A stretch of 64,000 nt of DNA from an uncultured Actinomycetota bacterium (GTDB lineage: Bacteria; Actinomycetota; UBA4738; HRBIN12): the NCBI GenBank assembly GCA_963788925.1, contig CAWBIH010000004.1, positions 5,679-69,678 on the forward strand, read 5' to 3'. Made by a program: the position numbers and the translations under genes. Of the stretch, positions 41,109 through 50,908 are shown piece by piece (positions within the stretch are counted from its first letter, which is position 1; every line of letters starts with the position of its first letter). The notes beneath the pieces were generated by a model. The model was not told the DNA's origin. It searched no databases and saw only the letters and a program-made list of their open reading frames with translations.

Positions 41109-42491
41109 CTACGCGGACAGTTCCTGGCAGAACTCGCCGAACGCGTCGATGTAACGCTGGATGTCGTCCTCGGTGTGCTGCACCGAGATCGTCCACTGCT
41201 CCTCGTCGCCGGGGGTCATGAAGATGCCGCGGTTCACCATCCAGGGGTAGGAGGCCCAATAGAGCTCGGGGTGGGTCTCCAGGAAGTCCGAGTAGTTCGT
41301 GAGCCGTTCGGCTCGGTATGAGACGCAGCCCTTCGCGCCGAGGTCCACCGTGTGCGCCGGGATGCCCGAGTCGGCGATCGCCCGATCGCAGCCCTCCGCG
41401 AGCTTCGCGCCCAGCTTGCCCAGTTCGTCGTATGCGTCCTTGACCAGCACCTGCGTGAGCGCGGCGAGGCCGGCGGCCGACGAAAGCGGGTTCCCGTTGA
41501 ACGTGCCCTGCTGCGCCGCTCCCTTGTTGACGAACTCCATGACCGCCGCGTCGCCGCCGAACGCGCCGATCGTCGAGCCGCCGCCGATCGCCTTGGCGAA
41601 CGCGGAGAGATGCGGCTTCACGCCGTAGCGCTCCATCGTGCCGCCGTACGCGATCGTGCCGCCGCACTTCACCTCGTCGTAGATCAGGACGGTCCCGTGC
41701 TTCTCGCACGCGTCGCGCAGCGCCTGGAGGTATCCGGGCTGCGGCTCGATGATGCCCACGTTCATCATCACGGGCTCGAGGATCACCGCGGCGACCTCGC
41801 CCTCGTTGTCCGCCAGCGCTTCTTCGACCGCCGCCGCGTCGTTGAAAGGGACCACGATCGTCGTGTCCCAGAGCGCCTTCGGGATGCCCTTGGACGTGGG
41901 CTGCGTCGTGTACCAGGCCTTCCCCTCGTGCTCGACGTTATGACGGAGACCGAGCACGTCCGCCTCCGGCACGACGGAGAAGAGCACGGAATCGTGGTGG
42001 CCGTGGTAGGACCCCTCCATCTTCAACAGCTTGTCGCGGCCCGTCGCGGCTCGCGCGACCCTGATCGCGTCCATCGTGGCCTCGGTCCCGGAGTTGACGA
42101 TCCGCAGCTGCTCCAGCTCGAAGCGCTCGCAGATCGCCTCGGCGAGGGCGATGGTGGTGGGCGTGGTGACGGCGAAGTGGATCGCCTCGCGCGCGGCCTT
42201 CTCCAGGGCCTCGACGATCTTGGGGTGGGCGTGACCCACGATGTTCACTCCGAAGCCGCCGTGGAAGTCCTTGTACTCCGTGCCGTCCACGTCCCAGACG
42301 CTGGAGCCCTTCCCCTTCTCGAGGTAGACCGGGTACGGGTCCCCGACCTGGAAGTTGGAGGTGACCCCGTTGGGGAGGCTCTTGAGAGCCCGCTCATGGA
42401 GAGCTTTGGACGCGGTCGTGTTCGCCAGCCAGGCATCGCCTTCGCGCTTGGCGACCTCCGCCGCTCGGGCCGTGATCCGTTCGAGATCCAT
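41109..42491 (-). CDS. class-III (PLP-dependent) aminotransferase / glutamate-1-semialdehyde aminomutase-like
   Basis: ORF 41109-42491. Contains VNSGTEATMDAIRVARAATGR, LIYDEVKCG and SAFAKAIGGG (PLP-binding Lys region). Confidence 0.8.
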   Translation of the reverse strand: MDLERITARAAEVAKREGDAWLANTTASKALHERALKSLPNGVTSNFQVGDPYPVYLEKGKGSSVWDVDGTEYKDFHGGFGVNIVGHAHPKIVEALEKAAREAIHFAVTTPTTIALAEAICERFELEQLRIVNSGTEATMDAIRVARAATGRDKLLKMEGSYHGHHDSVLFSVVPEADVLGLRHNVEHEGKAWYTTQPTSKGIPKALWDTTIVVPFNDAAAVEEALADNEGEVAAVILEPVMMNVGIIEPQPGYLQALRDACEKHGTVLIYDEVKCGGTIAYGGTMERYGVKPHLSAFAKAIGGGSTIGAFGGDAAVMEFVNKGAAQQGTFNGNPLSSAAGLAALTQVLVKDAYDELGKLGAKLAEGCDRAIADSGIPAHTVDLGAKGCVSYRAERLTNYSDFLETHPELYWASYPWMVNRGIFMTPGDEEQWTISVQHTEDDIQRYIDAFGEFCQELSA

Positions 42492-42571
42492 CTCAACCTC
42501 CTAAGGGTCTGAGGAATCTACCGGGGGACCGGGTCCCTCACAACACAGCGGTTGCGTTGCGTTGCCGTCGT

Positions 42572-43066
42572 TCAGCGGTAGTTGGTGAACTGCAGTGCGA
42601 GACCGAAGTCCTCTTCCTTGACGGCGCGGATCGCCGACTGGAGGTCGTCCTTCGACTTCGCGGAGACCCGCAGCTGGGAGCCTTGGATGTGGGTCTGGGC
42701 CTTGGGGACGGCGCTGCGGACGAACTTGGAGATCTGCTTCGCCTTCTCGTCGGGGATCCCCTGGATGACCTCGATGGACTGCCGGACCGTCCCTTTCGTG
42801 GCCGGCTGGACCTCACCGGGCTTCAGGGACTTCAACGGGACCTGACGCTTGACCGCTTTCTCCTGGAGCACCTGCCACGCCGCCTTCAGACGGTCCTCGG
42901 TGCCGGCGGCCATCTCGATCTTGTCCGACTCGAGGGAGACCGACGTCCCGGTGCCCTTGAAGTCGAACCGCTGCGAGATCTCGCGCGCCGCCTGGTCGAC
43001 GGCGTTGCGGACCTCCTGCAGGTCGACCTCGGAGACGATGTCGAACGAGAACTGGTCCTTCGCCAT
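42572..43066 (-). CDS. yajQ: YajQ-family (UPF0234) nucleotide-binding protein
   Basis: ORF 42572-43066. Contains SFDIVSEVDLQEVRNAVDQAAREISQRFDFKG ... LQFTNYR. Confidence 0.85.
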   Translation of the reverse strand: MAKDQFSFDIVSEVDLQEVRNAVDQAAREISQRFDFKGTGTSVSLESDKIEMAAGTEDRLKAAWQVLQEKAVKRQVPLKSLKPGEVQPATKGTVRQSIEVIQGIPDEKAKQISKFVRSAVPKAQTHIQGSQLRVSAKSKDDLQSAIRAVKEEDFGLALQFTNYR

Positions 43067-43159
43067 GAGCCAATCCTAGAAGGGCGAGGGCTCCGGCGTC
43101 CCAGACGCCGCCCGCTTCACGGACGTGACGCACCGGTTGCTATCCTCACCGGTGATCCC

Positions 43160-43244
43160 GGGAGGATGCCCGAGTGGCCAAAGGGAGCGGCCTGTAAAGT
43201 CGCCGGCGAAGCCTACGGAGGTTCGAATCCTCCTCCTCCCACCA
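43160..43244 (+). tRNA. tRNA-Tyr (anticodon GTA), class II long variable arm, CCA encoded
   Basis: Acceptor GGGAGGA/TCCTCCC; anticodon loop CTGTAAA; T-loop GGAGGTTCGAATCCTCC. A TGcTATCCT extended -10 lies at 43138-43146 upstream. Confidence 0.9.
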
Positions 43245-43283
43245 CACACCAGGGGTGTTCTCATCACTGAGGCCCCTGACATC

Positions 43284-44654
43284 TCAGACGGAACGTGACA
43301 CGGCGAAGAGCCGCCAGGTTCCCGGGACGCCCTTCAGGTGGTGCTCGCCGCGGTCCTCGAACGCGATCTCGGATCCCACGACGAGGTCCTTCACCGTGGA
43401 GGACACCACGGTCTCGCCGGCGTCGGCCTCGGCCATGACGCGCGCACCGAGGTGGACCGCGATGCCTCCGACGTCTCCGTCGACGAGATCGATCTCGCCC
43501 GTGTGCAGGCCGGCTCGCACGTCGACGCCGATCGGGCGGAGGAACTCGTGGATCGCCTCTGCGCATCGGATCGCGCGGGCGGGACCGTCGAAGGTCGCGA
43601 GGAATCCGTCACCCGTCGTCTTCACCTCTCGTCCTTCGAACCGGTCGAGCGCTCGACGGATGAGCTGGTCGTGCTCGGCCAGGAGCTCTCGCCATCTGGC
43701 GTCTCCGATCTCGGCCGCGCGGTCGGTCGAGCCGACGATGTCGGTGAAGAGCACGGTCGCGAGCACGCGGTCGTGTCGCGGAGCCGGGCGGGATCCGGTG
43801 ACGAAGTGCTCGATCTCGCGCAGCAGGGCGTCCTGGTCGCCCGACCACAACAGGCTGCCGCGGCCCGGCAGCTCGACGTAGGTTGCGCCAGCGATCCGTT
43901 CGGCCAGGTAGCGGCCATGCGCGGACTCGACCGGCGTATCCGTCCGAGCGACGACGAGCGTCGGGACCCGGATGGCCGGCAGGATCCCGCGGATGTCCGT
44001 CGCGTTGATCATGTCGACCATCGAGGCGGCGGTTCCCGGGCTGACGGAATGGCGCTCGTAGCGCCCCCATGACTCGCGGAGCGCGACGTCATCTGCGTCG
44101 TCCGGGTCGAACAGGTCGAGCATCATCCCCGTGCCCCACGCCGACCCGAACGCCTCGATGATGTCCCGGGCCTGGTCTGCGGTGAGTCCCCACGGATAGT
44201 CATCGGTGCGCGTCATTCGCGCGAACCCGTCGATGAGGACGAGGGCGCTCACGCGGTCCGGGTACGTCGCCGCGAAGACGCACGCGAGGAACCCACCGGC
44301 CATCGCGGTCACGATGGCTGCCTTCTCGCTCCCGATGTCGTCGAGCACGGCCCTCAGGTCGTCCATCCATTCTTCGAGCGTGGGAAGCGCCTTCGCCGGC
44401 ACGGGATCCGACAAGCCGACGCCGCGCTTGTCGAAGCGGATCACACGTGCGAACGCAGAGAGACGGTCGTTGAACCGCGCGAGCGGTCTGACCTCGCGCT
44501 CGATCTCGACGTTGCTGAACCACTGCTCGGCGACGACGACGTCCACGGGACCCGAGCCGAGGGTTCGATAGGCGATATGGACGTCACCGCTCTTCGCGTA
44601 GCGGGTGGTGCTCGCCATCGGCTTCAGTGTGGGCCGACGACGTTCGTCCGGCAA
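43284..44654 (-). CDS. alpha/beta-hydrolase fused to class III adenylate/guanylate cyclase domain
   Basis: ORF 43284-44654. The N-terminal hydrolase fold contains FDKRGVGLSD. The C-terminal cyclase contains LATVLFTDIVGSTDRAAEIGD...KTTGDGFLATFDGPARA...GLHTGE. An alternative start is ATG 44618. Confidence 0.85.
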   Translation of the reverse strand: MPDERRRPTLKPMASTTRYAKSGDVHIAYRTLGSGPVDVVVAEQWFSNVEIEREVRPLARFNDRLSAFARVIRFDKRGVGLSDPVPAKALPTLEEWMDDLRAVLDDIGSEKAAIVTAMAGGFLACVFAATYPDRVSALVLIDGFARMTRTDDYPWGLTADQARDIIEAFGSAWGTGMMLDLFDPDDADDVALRESWGRYERHSVSPGTAASMVDMINATDIRGILPAIRVPTLVVARTDTPVESAHGRYLAERIAGATYVELPGRGSLLWSGDQDALLREIEHFVTGSRPAPRHDRVLATVLFTDIVGSTDRAAEIGDARWRELLAEHDQLIRRALDRFEGREVKTTGDGFLATFDGPARAIRCAEAIHEFLRPIGVDVRAGLHTGEIDLVDGDVGGIAVHLGARVMAEADAGETVVSSTVKDLVVGSEIAFEDRGEHHLKGVPGTWRLFAVSRSV

Positions 44655-44771
44655 GCGAGGCTCCCGTCAGTGCGGGGTCGCTGCTCGGTAGCGAGTCCCG
44701 TGCGGCGATAGCGCCTGCGACCTGCTGTGTTCCTTCCCTCCTACGTCAACTCGTCCTTCGCGGTTCAAGCG

Positions 44772-45404
44772 TCACGGATGCACGAACAACGCATAGCCGA
44801 GGTCGAGACGGATCGATGCCCTCACCCAGAACGCTGTGCTCGCGGTGAAGACGTCGGTCGCCGCGAGAACGTCTCTGTATTTCTCGAATTAGACGGGCGC
44901 CGCGGCGGTGTCGGCGAGAGCGTCGAGGTACCCCTTCACGCCAGCCCAGACGTTCTCGCCGGACTTCGCGAAGTAGGGCGTCGGGTCGAGCGTGTCGAGT
45001 GCCGTCCTGACGCTGTCGGAGAGGTCTGCCATGTACTGCTGATGCAGCGTCACGTCGTCGCGGGTGCACCGGCCCAGGTGGCCGCCGATGGAGTGCTTCC
45101 ACGGGTAGGAGAGCGCGACATCGGCCGCCTGGATGTAGCCCTGGATGTCCTCCGTGAGATTCGACAGGTACACCGGCGCCCACCCCGGGTTGACGATGTC
45201 GACCAGCATCAGTGTGTCGTGTTCCGGCAGTTGGATGAAGGTGAGAAATCCGATCGTCCCACCGGTTCGTGTGCCTCTCGTGAAAGCACGTACTTCCTCC
45301 CCCTCTGGGTCCACGCGGAGTTCTCGGTCATCCGGCCCAGTGGCCTCGATGGACGCACCGTGCTGGGACGGATGGCAGCACCCCGCCTCTCTACCGGCCA
45401 GCAC
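44772..45404 (-). pseudogene. remnant of a hydrolase-like gene (possibly MBL-fold) with in-frame TAA at 44889-44891 and no convincing N-terminus
   Basis: ORF 44889-45404 ends ...YLDALADTAAAPV then stop. The same frame continues for 38 protein-like codons (FEKYRDVLAATDVFTASTAFWVRASIRLDLGYALFVHP) to TGA at 44772. The family assignment is tentative. Confidence 0.4.
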
Positions 45405-45824
45405 CGTAGAGCCGGGCGGACCGGGCCCTCTAGCGTCGCCAGTGGGATGGCGTGGGGTCGAGACGATCCGCAGGAAGGGGGGCAGGCAGGCGGGAGAAGG
45501 ATGCAGGCGCAGACCGTGCAGATCCGGTCACACCACGCTCGTCTCGCGGCCGCGGCGCTGCTCATGGAGCTCGCAGGGGTTATCGCAACCAGCGGTTCCC
45601 TGGACGTGCCACTCATCGCTTCCTGAGATCGAAGCGAAGAGGTCGCCCTGAAGAGGGAGTCGGCAGGAAGGAGGACGCGATGCGAACCTTATCGATCCCG
45701 GTGTGTCCCCGCTGCGCGGCGGGCTCACGGCGATGGCGTACTGCATCGCGTGTCCACGCCACGAGATGAGGCCGTCTGTCCGTACACCACTGGGCGAGCT
45801 GACGGCTTCGGGAAGGGAGGAGTG

Positions 45825-46282
45825 ATGCAACGACGCAAGGCGCTCGGCATCGCGCTGATCGCGATGTCGCTCGCGACGATGGTTGTTGGCGTCGCGATGG
45901 GGACGCCCGGGTCGGGCGTGACGGTGACGCCACTCGCATCCGGCCGTATCGACAACGCGCTCCGCATCCGGCAGGAGAGGGGCAATCGACGGTGGTCGCG
46001 CGGTTCGCAGATCGCCCCGGGCGGCACGACGGGCTGGCACTCGCACCCCGGAAAGACGCTCGTCCTCGTTTCCGCTGGCAAGTTCACGCTCTATCGGGAC
46101 CGGGACGGCGCTTGCCAACCCGGACGTATGACGCCGGCCAGGGCTTCGTCGAGCCGCCGACGAGCGTGCACAAGGGTGTCAACGAGGGCGACGTGCCCGT
46201 GGAGTTGACCGCCGTCTTCTTCCGTGTGCCGGCGGACGGCACCACCCAGGATGACAAACGCTCCGATCCCGGCGTCTGCTAG
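45825..46282 (+). pseudogene. secreted cupin-domain protein, frame break about 46115-46125
   Basis: ATG 45825 with a signal peptide (KALGIALIAMSLATMVVGVAMG). GWHSHPGKTLVLVSAGKFTLY lies in ORF 45750-46208. It continues as TYDAGQGFVEPPTSVHKGVNEGDVPVELTAVFF in ORF 45992-46282. Confidence 0.6.
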
Positions 46283-46399
46283 CAGGGTCGGAGATTTCCT
46301 CGGCGCCCGTGTGGGCACAGCCCACACGGGCGCCACGGGCACGCGGTCCCGGAGCTGAGGGCATCGACGCATCTCGCGTGAAGCACGAACGAGATCTCT

Positions 46400-47597
46400 T
46401 CAGCGGCTCGAGGTGTCCGGCAACTCGACACGCCGAAACGCCGCGTAGATCAAGAGGTCGTAGACGATCTTCACGCCGCCTGCGATGAAGAACGGCGCGC
46501 CGGTCGCCGTCTGCATGAGTGCGCCGGCGACCGCCGGCCCGATCGGCCTCGAGACGTATCTCGCGGTGTTGGTGAACGCCGCCGCTCAACGCGCTCGTCG
46601 GGATCTACGAGCGCCACGACGAACGCCTGCCTGGCCGGCACGTCCATCTGCGAGAGCGTCACCCGGGTGAGCCAGAGCGCGATCGCTCCCGGCGAGATGC
46701 GGCGACAGCAGGATCGAACACCAACAGGACGTTGGAGGGGAGGTGGGTGAAGACCATCGTGTTCAACATCCCGAACCGCGCGGCGACGTGCGATGCGAGG
46801 ATCGACGACGCACCCTGCAGGAGCCCGGACACGAAGAACACCGCACCCATCAGCTCGACCGAGGCGCCGAACGTTCGCCCGAACCAGAAGACGACGAAGG
46901 ACTGCACGATGAACCCGCCGGCGAAGAGTCGAGCGAACAACGCGGCGAGACGCGCGACGGTTCGACGCGATCGCTGGAGCGGCGCTCTCGAGTGAGTGCT
47001 GGCCTCAACGTTGCCTGCCTCGACTCCATCGGAGAGCGAGCGGGCGATACGATGCCGCCACATCGCGAGGACCGGATAGAGGAACAACCATCGTCGCGCG
47101 TCGGTCGCGAGGATGCCTGGCAGCGCGCCGGTCAGCGCACCCACGGCTCCGGCCACGTACGCGATGGCGTTGTACCTCCCGAAGATCCGGAGTCGGAGCT
47201 GGGCGGGCGCCTGCCCGATCATCGCTTGCTCGAGCGAGGTGATCGGCCCGGATTCGTTCGGATCCGTCGACAAGCAGCCCGTAAGTCCCGCGAGCACGAG
47301 CAGGGGCACGGACCTCGTGAGGGCGAAGACGGACCCCGCGCCGCCGACGGCGACGAGGAGGCCGGTGTAGAGACGCCGCCGGCCGAGGCGTTCGCCGACG
47401 AGTCCGACGATGGTCGAGCTCAGGGCCATCCCGACGAGGATCGACGTGAATACCAGACCGACCGCTGCAGTGCTCAGGCCGCCGTTCGCAAGGCTCGCAC
47501 CGATGACGACGCTTCCCAATCCGTACAGGTACGCACGGATCGCCTGGACACCCAGGATCGCGCGGAGATCGCGCGCCGTCGCCTGTCGGTCCCACAT
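46400..47597 (-). pseudogene. MFS-type transporter, at least 2 frame breaks (about 46590 and about 46700)
   Basis: Three minus-strand frames join to give a 12-TM-like protein: MWDRQATARDLRAILGVQAIRAYLYGLG...; then SPGAIALWLTRVTLSQMDVPARQAFVVALVDPDERV; then AAAFTNTARYVSRPIGPAVAGALMQ...GGVKIVYDLLIYAAF, stop at 46400. Confidence 0.6.
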
Positions 47598-47671
47598 CCG
47601 CCAATGTGCCTGCCTCTCCTTCGGTCGGATGACCGCGCTGAGGCTACGACGCGCGTGACACGATTCCACCG

Positions 47672-48448
47672 ATGAGCGAACGGCTGCGCGTGGTCGCCGA
47701 GCTGGCGGAGGGTGGTTGCGTCGCTCCCGCCGAGGAAGCGGACGCGCTGCTCCTGGCATCCAGCGAAGGCGTAGGACGGATCGAGGAGCTGGTCGCTCGC
47801 CGGCTCAGCGGAGAACCACTGGCCTGGATCACCGGCTCGGTGCTCTTCTGCGGCGTTCGGATCCTCGTCGATCCCGGGGTGTTCGTTCCCAGGCCGCACA
47901 CGCAGGCGATGGCACGACGAGCGGTTGCCCTCCTGCCAGCCGATGGGACCGCGGTCGATCTGTGCACCGGCAGTGGTGCGGTGGCCGCCGTCCTCGCCTC
48001 GGCCCATCCGGAGGCAACCGCGCTGGCCACCGACATCGACACGCTGGCCGTCGCCTGTGCGGGGCGCAACGGCGTCAGCGCGCTCGTCGGAGATCTCGAC
48101 GAGCCGCTGCCGCCGTCCCTCCGCGGCCGCGTCGACGTGATGACGGCCGTGGTTCCCTACGTCCCCACCGAGGAGCTCCCGTTCCTCCCGAGAGACGTGC
48201 TCGCCAACGAGCCCCGCGCCGCCCTCGACGGCGGACCGCGCGGAACCTCGTTGCTCGTGCGGGCAGCCGAAGCCGCCGCGCGCTGGCTCGGCCCCGGCGG
48301 GAGCGTGCTCCTCGAGCTCGGCGGCGACCAGGCAGGCGAAGTGGCGACAGCACTGGAGGACGTCGGGCTTTCGGGGATCCGCGTCCATCGGGACGGTGAC
48401 GGGCAGGACCGCGCGATCGAAGCGCGAGCGGCGCTGCACACCTCGTAG
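47672..48448 (+). CDS. HemK/PrmC-like class I SAM-dependent methyltransferase with degenerate NPPY motif
   Basis: ORF 47672-48448. Contains GEPLAWITGSVLFCGVRILVDPGVFVPRP, a SAM motif (VDLCTGSGAVA), and AVVPYVP where NPPY is expected. Confidence 0.7.
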   Translation: MSERLRVVAELAEGGCVAPAEEADALLLASSEGVGRIEELVARRLSGEPLAWITGSVLFCGVRILVDPGVFVPRPHTQAMARRAVALLPADGTAVDLCTGSGAVAAVLASAHPEATALATDIDTLAVACAGRNGVSALVGDLDEPLPPSLRGRVDVMTAVVPYVPTEELPFLPRDVLANEPRAALDGGPRGTSLLVRAAEAAARWLGPGGSVLLELGGDQAGEVATALEDVGLSGIRVHRDGDGQDRAIEARAALHTS

Positions 48449-48541
48449 CTCGGCGCCGCTCACGGGCGGCTCACCTTGCTCTCATCTCCCGAGTCGCACG
48501 ATGTCCCTGTCACGATCGAGATCGAAGAAGAAGGGAGCACC

Positions 48542-49962
48542 ATGGCCCGCACGAGCATGAAGGTCCGGGCGACGAAAGCGGTCGCCATCGTTGCGATCGC
48601 GTCGATCTGCCTGATGGGTGTCGTCGGCGCCGTTGCCCGGAGCCAGCCGGTCGCCGCGGGGGGGACCACCGGATGTCAGCCGTCTGCCTCGACCCCGGTC
48701 CCGCAGCCCACCCAGGCGATGCTCGACGCGGCAGGGCTCGGTGATCTCCCACTCGCACCTGATTCGGTGCGCCGCGACCTCGTGGCCGCGCCGCTCTCGG
48801 ATCCGACTTCTGTGACCAACCCCCTGTTCCCGATCAGCGAACTGAAGTCCGCGATCCTCAACGGCCACGTTGACGGCAAGGTCTTCCACACGGAGACCAC
48901 ACTGCTGCCGTTCACGAAGATCATCGAATGGACGCCCGGACAGTGCGTGCGGGTGCTGGTCTCGCAGTACATGGCGTTCCTCGATGGGAGCTTGCAGGAG
49001 ACCGCGATCGACCTCTATGCGCAGGCCGACGACGGGTCGGTCTGGTACCTGGGGGAGAGCGTGTTCGACTACAAGGTCGACGGACTCGTCCTCACGACCG
49101 AGGGGACCTGGCAGGCCGGCTTCGATGGTCCGTTCGCGATGATCATGCCGTCGGACCCGCAGATCGGCGACGTGAACCGGGCCGAGAACATCCCCGGCAA
49201 CTCCTTCGAGGAGGTCCACGTCACGAAGGTCGACCAGACGTTCAACGGACCCTCGGGTCCGGTATCAGGGGGATGGTGGCCCTCGAGATCCATCAAGACG
49301 CCGCGCCGAGCGACAAGCTGTTCGCGCCTGGGTACAAGAGTTCCGGTCAACCGACGGACCGGACGTCGAGGCGATGGCGCTGGCCTCGCCGACGGACTCG
49401 TTGCCGGGTGGCGTGCCCGCCGAACTGGGAACGATCTCGAACGGCGCCGATCGATTTCGGATCACCCCTTTCGACGGCGGAGGAGTGGGCCCGCGCGGAG
49501 CACCGGGCGCACCGGATGCTCGATGCGTGGATCGCGTTTCGCGCCGGCGACGTGCCGCCCCGGTTGGTGAAGCCGACCAGCGTCGCGTTGCGGAATCTGA
49601 TCGCACAGATCGCGACGCGCTCGCCTTCGAAGACCCGCGACGCAGCGATCGACGCTACCTACGCGAGCAACGACTTGCAGCTCCGATACCGCCCGGTCAT
49701 CGAGGTCGACACGAAGCGGTTCGAGCTATGGGTCCGGCGGGCGCTCGTCGATGCGACCGCCGGATCCCTCGGGAGCACGCGCAGCGACGTGGTCACCCTC
49801 GAGTGGCTCCGAGACCGCATCGCACTTTCGCTCGATCGCGTCACGCTGGTCCGCCTCGACACGCTCGTCGGTGAGATGGGCGGGGCCGTCGTCGACGACG
49901 ACCTCCCGGCCGGAGCACATGCGGCCCGCGAGCTCCGCGCGCTGATGAGCGGACTTATCTGA
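48542..49962 (+). pseudogene. exported hypothetical protein, at least 3 frame breaks (about 49270, about 49338, about 49450)
   Basis: ATG 48542 with a signal peptide (AVAIVAIASICLMGVVGAVA). The path runs ORF 48476-49570, then 48928-49962, then 49374-49874, then back to 48928-49962. Confidence 0.5.
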
Positions 49963-49965
49963 GGG

Positions 49966-50283
49966 TTAGACCTCGCCGTAGAGGTCGCTCTGCGGGTCGA
50001 AGAAGCCACCGGCCGGGCGTGCGTGCGCGTGCCAGTGTTCGGGGATCCGGCGCCGTTCCGGGTCGATCCAAAAGCCATCCGTCCCATACCGGTCGCCGGC
50101 GATCCGTTCCAACCGTTCCAGCAGCGCGGTCTCGAGCTCGGCGTCGGGGAGCCCATGCGTCCGCCACACGACCATCGGCGTCCGGCACACGAGGCATTCC
50201 GCGACCCAGCACTCGTCGTCCTCGTGGAGCCACGGCGTGATCCGCTCGGCCGAGCAGAGCAGACACTCCTCAGGCATAGGCAC
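49966..50283 (-). CDS. small Cys-rich protein with histidine-triad-like HWHAHA motif (mini HIT-like)
   Basis: ORF 49966-50283. Contains CLLC...C-x5-C-x2-C and EHWHAHARP. Confidence 0.5.
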   Translation of the reverse strand: MPMPEECLLCSAERITPWLHEDDECWVAECLVCRTPMVVWRTHGLPDAELETALLERLERIAGDRYGTDGFWIDPERRRIPEHWHAHARPAGGFFDPQSDLYGEV

Positions 50284-50725
50284 CGACCTTCAGCTCGGCG
50301 CGGTCGCCGCCCTCGATGCCGGCCCGATCGAACCAGCCGAGGTTCGCCTCGATCGCGAGGACGTACGGCTCGTCGATCCCGTAGGTGGGGCAAGGATCGG
50401 CCTCGCACGGCTGCATGTCGCGCACGCCGATCACCCGGCCGCTCTCGTCGACGAAGGCGATCGAAAGAGGGATGAGCGTGTCCTTCATCCAGAAGGTGGA
50501 GTTCGACGGCTCATCGAATACGAACACCATCCCTTCGTCGGCAGCCAATGTCTCCACCCCCATCAGACCCTTCTGCTGCTCTTGCGCGGTCTCCGCGACG
50601 GCCACGTACAGGACGGCGCCGCTCCCGTCGAACGTCACCGTCGCCGCTGGCCGGTTGGTCTGGCCGTCGATCCCGCCGCACGCGACGAGTCCGGCGAGTG
50701 TCATCGCGACGGCGAAGAACTTCAC
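50270..50725 (-). CDS. DUF192-family lipoprotein
   Basis: ORF 50270-50725. Lipobox LAGLVAC. GLMGV...GMVFVF...FWMKDTLIPLSIAF is typical of DUF192. Confidence 0.7.
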   Translation of the reverse strand: MKFFAVAMTLAGLVACGGIDGQTNRPAATVTFDGSGAVLYVAVAETAQEQQKGLMGVETLAADEGMVFVFDEPSNSTFWMKDTLIPLSIAFVDESGRVIGVRDMQPCEADPCPTYGIDEPYVLAIEANLGWFDRAGIEGGDRAELKVGAYA

Positions 50726-50779
50726 CCATCCATGGTGCCACGGGCGGCGACGATCCCATTGTTATCATCGGCCCCTGCC

Positions 50780-50852
50780 GCCGGAGTAGCTCAGTCGGTA
50801 GAGCGCCTCCATGGTAAGGAGGAGGTCAGGGGTTCGATTCCCCTCTCCGGCT
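50780..50852 (+). tRNA. tRNA-Thr (anticodon GGT)
   Basis: Acceptor GCCGGAG/CTCCGGC; D arm TAGCTCAGTCGGTAGAGC; anticodon loop ATGGTAA; T-loop AGGGGTTCGATTCCCCT. No CCA is encoded. Confidence 0.9.
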
Positions 50853-50908
50853 CTCTCGCATGGTCATCGATCGTCGACCGGCCTGACTTTCCGGGATAGG
50901 AGTACGAC

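Noticed and set aside
45405-45824. A possible missing N-terminus of the MBL-like remnant, or a small CxxC ORF (MRTLSIPVCPRCAAG..., 45680-45769).
   Set aside because: None of the three minus-strand frames gives metal-binding HxHxDH-type or other protein-like sequence. The small plus-strand ORF is short, Arg-rich and unsupported by any motif or Shine-Dalgarno.
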